From positions 17,981 through 81,980 of the forward strand of contig SUUO01000004.1 of assembly GCA_015062485.1 (NCBI GenBank): 64,000 nt of DNA. The letters run 5' to 3'. The translations under genes and the position numbers were made by a program. Each line of letters begins with the position of its first letter. Within the stretch, counting starts at the first letter, position 1. The notes below the pieces were generated by a model. That model made no database searches and was not told the origin of the DNA. It saw only the letters and a program-made list of their open reading frames with translations. Positions 18,954 to 26,017 of the stretch are shown piece after piece. Origin of the DNA: Alphaproteobacteria bacterium (lineage in GTDB: Bacteria > Pseudomonadota > Alphaproteobacteria > Rs-D84).

Positions 18954-21315
18954 ATTTGGTTTCTTCTACGCAACTGCCGGTTCCATAGGTTTTGTCTGCG
19001 GTCGTTGCTTTGACAAAGACTTTTCCTTCTGGACACGAGCAGGTATTAGTTGCTGGGTAATACTCTTCGTCCGTCAGGCCACTGACAGTACATTTGCCCG
19101 TAGATGCACTACCATTTAACTTTTCGCATCTGTAAGCACCAGCATTATACCAGTATCCACTTGTTCCAAATGCAGAGCAAGCGTCTGCTATGTTTTTACA
19201 TTTTCCACCCTGCATATCAAAATTGTATACATAGACCTGGCCGGCACTGCAAATCTCGAGCCCAGAGATGCTTTCGCCCAGCATATTCGCAATCCACAAC
19301 TTTATGCTGTTGTAATCACCATTTGTCGCATCACCATTTACAGACATACACGTTGTAATTGCTGCACGACAGGAATTAATTGCAACATTGTTATTGGCCT
19401 TGTCACTGTTATATCCATTCTGAGACAGACAGGACGAAACCTCTGCGATACAGTTTTCAGCGTGATCGGCGATAACTTGGTCTTGGGCAACCTTAATCTG
19501 GGTCAATGTACGACGCAGATATTCTTTGACCACGGTGTTTTGTGGGTTATATTCTCCGTTTACATATGTATAATCCTGGCACTTGTTCAAGACAGACGCA
19601 CACATTCCATATGCCTTGCCACCGGTAATATAACCAATCTTGTTTGCCAAGAATTGTGTCATAACAGCCGAGGTTTGCGTAGCGACCTCCTTGCTTAAGG
19701 TTCCGTTTATGTATTCATCAAGAGTACCTGTACCACACCAGGCATTCTGTTCAGTACCGTACTTCCAGGTTGCGTACAACTCGGTTGTTGGACACATTGC
19801 AGGTTCACCAACGCCCGCCTCTGTGACTGTTGCACCAGGGGTAGAACCAATAACGACCTCACCATTAACGATGTATTTACCCGATGGATCCAGACAGTTT
19901 TCATAGTCCGTACCACATACAAAGTCATCCTGCATACAAGAATCCAAAGCATTTACGCAGCCACGCAGGTCGTAAGAATTCTTTTGCTGAGCAACCATTA
20001 AACGTGCCTTTTGCAGAACTGATTGTGCATTACGAACCGTCGCGCGCATTTGATCGTTTGCATCCGTCAATGAGCGTTCGTATGCGACACATTGTTTATC
20101 GATTTCCAAATCATAAGAATTTGTGATAACGGCAATATCTACGCCCTGTGCGGCACAATTGTTTAAAACCGCCGCTTTGCAGCGCGATGCCGCAGTTTTG
20201 TATAGTTCTTCGCCACGCTGGTTTGAAATGCTGGACGTGTTGGTTGTTGTTGTTCCAAACAATCCAGACAGGTCGAAACCAGTACTGCCGATATTAAAGT
20301 CTAACAAGCCAGACAAATCCATACTGATGCCGGATGAAATCTCGGACGAAGAGGCCGTGCCAGATTTAACATCAACAATCATATTTTTAATCTTGTCCAA
20401 ATCGTTTTTGATTTGTGAACTGTCACTGGACCCCTGCATTTGCATTTCCGCCTCTGTCTGGGCAAACAGTGTGTCAATTTCATCGCCGGTCAAACCGATA
20501 TACTGAATTTTTTGCGCGACATCTTGCAGGTTTTCAGTTGCGGCCTTTAACGCCTCTTCGGTTTTGGCATAATTCTTTACATTCTTAGAACAAGAACAAC
20601 GTCCCTGATTATCATCCAAGACATTACAGAAGTTATCCATACATTCGGTATACTGTGCCTTGCAAAAATCGGTGATTTGCGCCAATTCATCCATTGATGT
20701 TGTGACATCTTCGACGGTGACGGGCGTGGCCTCTGTGCTTACCGTGTTGGAAACACGAACAGATGGTACACGCGCACGCACGGATGCCGCACCAACCGTG
20801 CGCGTACCAACGCGACCGGTATACAATGGCGTATTAACCGTATCAGTTTGTGTAATAGATACCGTACCCGCACGGGCGGTTGTCGCCGGTGACGTTGTTT
20901 GCGCCGCACGACGTGTAGAAACATTTTGAGAAGTTGCCGCACGTGATGCCGCACCACGGGTTGCAGTTCCGCGGGTCATAGCACTGCGCGTTTGGGAAAT
21001 ATTGGCCGCCGCACGTGATGCAACCGCACGCGATGGTGCCGTATTTGACGCACGCGTTGTCGCCCCAGATGTCGAAGCAGTCGGCAACGAACGTGTTGCA
21101 CGTGACGAAGAACGATTCGTATTACGTGCCGGTACACTTGGTGCCGCAACATTTTTTTGTTCGTCTTCGACAACAAATTCGTCATCAACAACGACATCAC
21201 CGTCATACATTTCGGCATCAGAATATTCGATTACGTCGTCATAGTAAACAGGCGCAACCTCAGCAAATGCGGGCATTACCAGCAATCCACTTAATACTGC
21301 AACAAATCTTTTCAT
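18952..21315 (-). CDS. Large secreted Cys-rich/coiled-coil protein, paralog A
   Basis: Signal peptide, Arg/Ala/Thr/Ser-rich linker, CMDNFC..NQGRCSCS core shared with 59150-61369. Confidence 0.85.
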   Translation of the reverse strand: MKRFVAVLSGLLVMPAFAEVAPVYYDDVIEYSDAEMYDGDVVVDDEFVVEDEQKNVAAPSVPARNTNRSSSRATRSLPTASTSGATTRASNTAPSRAVASRAAANISQTRSAMTRGTATRGAASRAATSQNVSTRRAAQTTSPATTARAGTVSITQTDTVNTPLYTGRVGTRTVGAASVRARVPSVRVSNTVSTEATPVTVEDVTTSMDELAQITDFCKAQYTECMDNFCNVLDDNQGRCSCSKNVKNYAKTEEALKAATENLQDVAQKIQYIGLTGDEIDTLFAQTEAEMQMQGSSDSSQIKNDLDKIKNMIVDVKSGTASSSEISSGISMDLSGLLDFNIGSTGFDLSGLFGTTTTNTSSISNQRGEELYKTAASRCKAAVLNNCAAQGVDIAVITNSYDLEIDKQCVAYERSLTDANDQMRATVRNAQSVLQKARLMVAQQKNSYDLRGCVNALDSCMQDDFVCGTDYENCLDPSGKYIVNGEVVIGSTPGATVTEAGVGEPAMCPTTELYATWKYGTEQNAWCGTGTLDEYINGTLSKEVATQTSAVMTQFLANKIGYITGGKAYGMCASVLNKCQDYTYVNGEYNPQNTVVKEYLRRTLTQIKVAQDQVIADHAENCIAEVSSCLSQNGYNSDKANNNVAINSCRAAITTCMSVNGDATNGDYNSIKLWIANMLGESISGLEICSAGQVYVYNFDMQGGKCKNIADACSAFGTSGYWYNAGAYRCEKLNGSASTGKCTVSGLTDEEYYPATNTCSCPEGKVFVKATTADKTYGTGSCVEETK

Positions 21316-21508
21316 ATTTTTTCTTCCCTTCTCTGATATTGCATTTTATCACATAGTGCAAATTCAGACAAGCAAAAAAATTGACAGAAAACTTTAAAAT
21401 TATTTGATATAACTGATTTAAATCCTAATTCATTAAAAAACATAATGAATTTAACTTGTAAAATGCTTTTTATTTATACTATACTATATAATCACGGGGG
21501 TAAAAAAG

Positions 21509-23098
21509 TTGAACATATTAAAAAAAGTTTCGATGTTTATATTATGCCTGCCGCTGATTGGGTGCACAACTGTGCCAACAACAACCAGTGACAAGCGCCT
21601 GGAAGGCTATTCGGCCAAGGTTACACCGCACGACTTTCAATATGACCCATATGAAACACCAATTGCAAAATGCTATGCAACCGAATTGGCGACGGGTGAC
21701 GACGTATCAGGCGCGACGTTAATCGAAGACGGACTGTCCGCATTCGTTATCCGTTCCGCGTTTGCACGTATGGCAACCAAGACGATTGATTTGCAGACTT
21801 ATATTTATAGTAATGATTTTTCATCCAAGGTTTTAATTGGCGAACTTAAAAACGCCGCAGACCGTGGGGTCAAGGTACGAATTTTACTGGATGATTATGG
21901 AACAAAATCTGACATCGTGGATGTAATGTTGCTGAACCAGCATCCAAATATAGAGGTCAAGGTTTTCAATACTGTTAAAAATCGCACAAAATTGTTTTAT
22001 TACCCACAGTTTATGATGGACTTTAATCGCCTGAATTCGCGTATGCATAATAAATTGTTCATCGTGGACAATGTTGCGTACATCACCGGCGGTCGCAATG
22101 TCGGCAGTAATTATTTCTATCCGGAAACGGCATCGAATTTTTCCGATACTGACGTTTTGTTTATTGGTGAAATGACACGTCACGCGACAAAAAGTTTCGA
22201 CGAATACTGGAATCACCACCTGTCTATTCCGGCGTCGGCATTTCCACGTGCACAAACAAAGCGTGGATTGAAAAAACTGGAACGGGAATTCGCGAAAATT
22301 GCCGAAAAAAGCGCAGAAGAAGTTAATCGATACAATAATATTATCGCAATGGCCCAACGCGAATATCAGACCAAGAAATTTGATTTCAGTTGGGGGCGCG
22401 GAAAATTCTTGGCCGATCCACCACAAAAAGTCGAAATGACAATGGATGAAAAAGAGGCATATCGTGGTGACATCGTTCGTGCGTTACAACACCTGTGGGA
22501 TAAAACGGATAAATCTGTTTATATGTCGGCGGCGTACTTTGTCCCGGGCCAAGGGGGCTTGGAACATATGTTGCACGAAGAAAAATCGGGCGTACATATG
22601 ACGATTGTCACGAATTCGTTGGCATCGACAAATGCACCAACAGTGTATGCAAAATGGGAAAAGTATCGCAAACAACTGATTGAATCTGGGGCGGACGTGT
22701 ACGAATTTATGGTGTCTGCGGAAAATTTACGCGGGAAAGAACACGACCGCGAAAGAAAACAATCCAGTTTTTCGGTTCTGCACAGCAAGACAATGGTGTT
22801 TGACGATGATATTTCCTGGATAGGCAGTTTCAACCTGGATCCACGCAGTGCATATTACAACACGGAAAATGTGGCCATTTTCGAAAGCCGTGATTTTGCA
22901 GACAAACTGCGCGCGATGATTTTAAAAGACACCCAGACGTCGTGGCGCGTCACATTGGATGAAGACGGAGATCCCGTCTGGACCGGCAGTCGCCCCGGCG
23001 ATAAAAAGCCCCAGGTTCACAAGCGTGCACCTGACACATCCATTTTCCGGCGTGTTTGGAAATCGATATGCAGCCTGGTCCCGGAAAAGTTTGTATAA
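21509..23098 (+). CDS. Phospholipase D family lipoprotein (ClsC/YmdC-like)
   Basis: Lipobox LIGC, two HKD motifs (RMHNKLFIVD, LHSKTMVFD), GSFNLDPRS. Confidence 0.88.
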   Translation: MNILKKVSMFILCLPLIGCTTVPTTTSDKRLEGYSAKVTPHDFQYDPYETPIAKCYATELATGDDVSGATLIEDGLSAFVIRSAFARMATKTIDLQTYIYSNDFSSKVLIGELKNAADRGVKVRILLDDYGTKSDIVDVMLLNQHPNIEVKVFNTVKNRTKLFYYPQFMMDFNRLNSRMHNKLFIVDNVAYITGGRNVGSNYFYPETASNFSDTDVLFIGEMTRHATKSFDEYWNHHLSIPASAFPRAQTKRGLKKLEREFAKIAEKSAEEVNRYNNIIAMAQREYQTKKFDFSWGRGKFLADPPQKVEMTMDEKEAYRGDIVRALQHLWDKTDKSVYMSAAYFVPGQGGLEHMLHEEKSGVHMTIVTNSLASTNAPTVYAKWEKYRKQLIESGADVYEFMVSAENLRGKEHDRERKQSSFSVLHSKTMVFDDDISWIGSFNLDPRSAYYNTENVAIFESRDFADKLRAMILKDTQTSWRVTLDEDGDPVWTGSRPGDKKPQVHKRAPDTSIFRRVWKSICSLVPEKFV

Positions 23099-23124
23099 AA
23101 AATCCCCCGTTCGGGGGATTTTTT
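23097..23124. terminator. Intrinsic terminator
   Basis: AAAAAATCCCCCG-tt-CGGGGGATTTTT. Confidence 0.85.
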
Positions 23125-23200
23125 AAAGTTCAAAGTGCAAAGTTCAAAGTGCAAACAATGAATCCAACTTCGCAAAATACTTCGTTGGACAAGTACATAA

Positions 23201-23232
23201 ATACTTAGATAAATAAAAGTTTAGCGCAGTAA
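23201..23232 (-). repeat. dif/lox-like 32-bp site, copy B (inverted)
   Basis: Minus strand reads TTACTGCGCTAAA-CTTTTA-TTTATCTAAGTAT; 21-bp perfect inverted repeat with 23384-23404. Confidence 0.7.
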
Positions 23233-23260
23233 TCAGTTTACAAAAACGTTTCACGTTTTT

Positions 23261-23348
23261 GTCATTCCGGTGCTTGACACCGGAATCCAGGTGAAAGCAA
23301 ATAAAGAGGAAATATGACCTGGGTCCCGTGGTCAAGCCACGGGATGAC
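23261..23348. repeat. RPE4-like / REP palindromic element
   Basis: GTCATTCCGGTGCTTGACACCGGAATCCAGG ... CCTGGGTCCCGTGGTCAAGCCACGGGATGAC; minus strand translates to SSRGLTTG...LDSGVKHRND, like the Rickettsia RPE4 peptide. Confidence 0.75.
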
Positions 23349-23375
23349 AAAATTTTTACAAAATTTTATTTGTGC

Positions 23376-23407
23376 TTACTTAACTAAACTTTTATTTATC
23401 TAAGCAA
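23376..23407 (+). repeat. dif/lox-like 32-bp site, copy C
   Basis: TTACTTAACTAAA-CTTTTA-TTTATCTAAGCAA. Confidence 0.7.
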
Positions 23408-23436
23408 TTGCGTAAGGGAAAAGATTTGGTTATAAT
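23408..23436 (+). promoter_or_regulatory. sigma70 promoter
   Basis: TTGCGT-17 bp-TATAAT, abutting site C. Confidence 0.65.
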
Positions 23437-23463
23437 TGTTGTGTTATGACAAATTGTCATAAT

Positions 23464-23654
23464 GGGGTGTCAAGACCCGTGCATAGGTATCGGAAAGCCA
23501 ACCTGTACAATATACAGGGCGAGTGTATGTTCCGATAAAAACGCTCCTGGCCAATGGTCAGGAGGGCTGTGAATATATTGAATAAGCACACAATTCCTAT
23601 GATTGTCTTGAACCTCCTGACCACTTGAAGTTTTTCAGTGGTTTTTGTTTTTTT
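23464..23654 (+). ncRNA. c4-antisense-like structured leader RNA with terminator
   Basis: TGGTCAGGAGG/CCTCCTGACCA 11-bp stem; internal CCTATG and GTCTTGA are complementary to upstream CATAGG and TCAAGAC; CCACTTGAA/TTCAGTGG hairpin plus T-tract. Confidence 0.6.
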
Positions 23655-23685
23655 CGCGAATAAAACAAAAGAAAGGAGATTGAAA

Positions 23686-24111
23686 ATGAAAAAACTTTTA
23701 TTTTTAACCGCGACGTGCGCGATTTTGACCGCACCCGCAACAGCGGTCCAACAATGCGTGGCATTGGATGCCAGTGTTAACGGGACAAGTTATGTCAATC
23801 CGGGTTCGAAAGCTGAATGGTCCGTAACATTTCCCAATGTGACAGTACGCGGAATCGGCGTATGTGGTAGCAAAAGCGGTTCATATAAAGACCTGTCGGA
23901 TAGCTTCACTACATATGATAGCGCAGCAGGATTTGCAAATAATCGCTATTGTTGGTGTAAGATGATAAGTCCAGCCGTGTCGTCTTGGGTGTTAGCCTTT
24001 GCTGCCGATGACGCGGATTATTGTGCGCCCGGCTGTAATGGCGACTGTGCGAGCGCCGTCAGCAACTCTTCCACCTTCCGGTCCGCGATGTTTGGTTCAA
24101 TATCAAACTAA
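23686..24111 (+). CDS. Secreted Cys-rich protein with a putatively hypervariable C-terminus
   Basis: SD AAGGAG, signal peptide MKKLLFL..ATA, YCWCK..P..S.WV and C-X3-C-X3-C motifs. Confidence 0.8.
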   Translation: MKKLLFLTATCAILTAPATAVQQCVALDASVNGTSYVNPGSKAEWSVTFPNVTVRGIGVCGSKSGSYKDLSDSFTTYDSAAGFANNRYCWCKMISPAVSSWVLAFAADDADYCAPGCNGDCASAVSNSSTFRSAMFGSISN

Positions 24112-24121
24112 GGTGGCGCGA

Positions 24122-24601
24122 ATGAAACGATTAATATTTTTAATGTCTTTTGTGCCGATTGTCGCGCACGCCGCCACTGAAAAGGCCAATGGTGAGAGGT
24201 GCATAGCGAACAGAGATTGCGCATCGCTGGTATGTTCACAAAAAAGTGGCGAATTATTGAGGTATTGTGCAGCGCCCGCCGTCCTTGGAGAATCCTGTAG
24301 CACAAAATTAGGAGATGCAGTTTATTATCTTGATACACAAAAACTTTGTGCCAGTGGTTTGATATGTCAAAACGGTCTTTGTGTTACAATAGATACCTGT
24401 CCGTCGGGATATATCGTGATTGACAGGCCATATATCACCCTTGCAACCAGTTGCACCAGCGGCACAATCGCCGTTGGCACGGCGGAATCGTGTTTGGTGG
24501 AAAGTCCCGCGGGGGATTGCATAATGTATGCGCCGGTCGGGATGTCCTTTACGGATGAATCCGGTACATACGAATTTACAGATGCGTGTGCGATGGAGTA
24601 A
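24122..24601 (+). CDS. Secreted Cys-rich protein (Dickkopf/EB-like Cys spacing)
   Basis: Signal peptide ..VAHA; GERC..NRDCASLVC; C-terminal CIMYAPVG..FTDESGTYEF..AC module. Confidence 0.78.
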   Translation: MKRLIFLMSFVPIVAHAATEKANGERCIANRDCASLVCSQKSGELLRYCAAPAVLGESCSTKLGDAVYYLDTQKLCASGLICQNGLCVTIDTCPSGYIVIDRPYITLATSCTSGTIAVGTAESCLVESPAGDCIMYAPVGMSFTDESGTYEFTDACAME

Positions 24602-24627
24602 AAAATCCCGGCATCGCCGGGATTTTT
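24600..24627. terminator. Bidirectional intrinsic terminator
   Basis: AAAAAATCCCGGC-atc-GCCGGGATTTTT. Confidence 0.85.
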
Positions 24628-25693
24628 ATTGTTTTTCTTGCTGTAACTGACTGCGTATCGATTCAACAGATTTTGCACGTTCTGCAATCAGACCATTTAA
24701 ATTTGCGTGAATCAAATCTGATGCGTACTTTAACGAATTTGCAAATGCCAATGCATCACTGTTGCCGTGGGTTTTTACCGCAAACCCCTTTAGCCCCAGG
24801 AACACCGCACCCGCATATGAACGTGGGTCAATTTTATGCTTTAACCGTTTAAATACGTGAACCAAGAAGAACGCACCAATCATCGCCAAAATTGATTTCT
24901 TGAAGTTTTCAACGATAACACGCTTGATCAATTTTGCGGTACCTTCGACCGTTTTTAATACGATATTACCGGTAAAGCCGTCGGTGACAACCACCTGAAC
25001 GCGGCCGGCACTGATATCATTGGCCTCTACAAAGCCCAGATATTCATACGGTAATTCATCTTTGTGTTCGGTCAGAACGTGATTCAAATGCACCAGGGTT
25101 TCGTTACCCTTGGTTTCTTCGGATCCGATATTCAGTACACCTAATTTTGGTTTTGGCATTTTTCCGATAACCTCGGCATAAACACTGCCCAGGACGGCAA
25201 AGTCAAACAAAATAGATTCATCACACTGAACATTTGCCCCCAGGTCCAAAACGACCACACGATCATCGCCGGCACCAGATGGCAACATCGTTGTAATCGC
25301 CGGACGTGCAATACCATCAACCGTCTTTAATGCCAATTTTGACAGCGACATCAAAACACCGGTGTTACCCGCACTGACGACGGCGGCGGCGTTGCCCTCG
25401 CGGACGTCTTTGATTGCCATATACATAGACGTATCCTGGGCGTGACGAACGATATCCATAATTTTATCCGTCCCCTTGATAACGCCGGGGGCGTGTACAA
25501 CCTCTACATTACGGCCGACGCGCGGGTATTTAGTCAACATACGGCGCAGACGTTTTTCGTCACCAAACAGGCGGAAATGAACTTTGTCTTCGCCATTTTG
25601 ATATAAGAACTGGTTAATGCCCCCCAGGACGGCCGATGGGCCCTTGTCCCCACTCATAGCATCAACGGCAATAATTTTCTTTTGTTCTGACAT
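24626..25693 (-). CDS. plsX: Phosphate acyltransferase PlsX
   Basis: IAVDAMSGD, VSAGNTG, LDLGAN, LNIGSEETKG, VVTDGFTGN, VKTHG. Confidence 0.95.
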   Translation of the reverse strand: MSEQKKIIAVDAMSGDKGPSAVLGGINQFLYQNGEDKVHFRLFGDEKRLRRMLTKYPRVGRNVEVVHAPGVIKGTDKIMDIVRHAQDTSMYMAIKDVREGNAAAVVSAGNTGVLMSLSKLALKTVDGIARPAITTMLPSGAGDDRVVVLDLGANVQCDESILFDFAVLGSVYAEVIGKMPKPKLGVLNIGSEETKGNETLVHLNHVLTEHKDELPYEYLGFVEANDISAGRVQVVVTDGFTGNIVLKTVEGTAKLIKRVIVENFKKSILAMIGAFFLVHVFKRLKHKIDPRSYAGAVFLGLKGFAVKTHGNSDALAFANSLKYASDLIHANLNGLIAERAKSVESIRSQLQQEKQ

Positions 25694-25760
25694 AGCAATA
25701 TAAAAAACGGCAGACAGACCACGGGCCCGCGGTCAAATCTGCCCCGAATTTTTAGTTAAA

Positions 25761-25910
25761 TTATTTTGCACCACAAGCCGCACAAACGTGATGTGGGCGC
25801 TTCTTTTCACCGCAGACCTTGCATACGCTGCTTGGCATAACTGACAATGCATCGTGAGAGCGACGCTGGGCGCTGCGTGATTTACTTGTTTTACTTCTTG
25901 GCGTTGCCAT
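25761..25910 (-). CDS. rpmF: 50S ribosomal protein L32 (Zn-ribbon form; not in the ORF track)
   Basis: Manual translation MATPRSKTSKSRSAQRRSHDALSVMPSSVCKVCGEKKRPHHVCAACGAK; upstream of plsX. Confidence 0.93.
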   Translation of the reverse strand: MATPRSKTSKSRSAQRRSHDALSVMPSSVCKVCGEKKRPHHVCAACGAK

Positions 25911-25979
25911 TTTATTATCCTTTTATATTTTCCGAATGCTTATTTTATTCAAATATTCCCGTTTTGCAAGCAAAAGTTT

Positions 25980-26017
25980 ACACACCCCCGGGTTTTAACC
26001 GGGGATGTGTTGGTTTT
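25980..26017 (-). terminator. Putative terminator after rpoC
   Basis: ACAC-CCCCGG...CCGGGG-ATGTGT stem. Confidence 0.55.

Noticed and set aside
23144-23350. 68-aa ORF MSSRGLTTG...
   Set aside because: It is the read-through translation of the palindromic element and a dif-like site; no RBS
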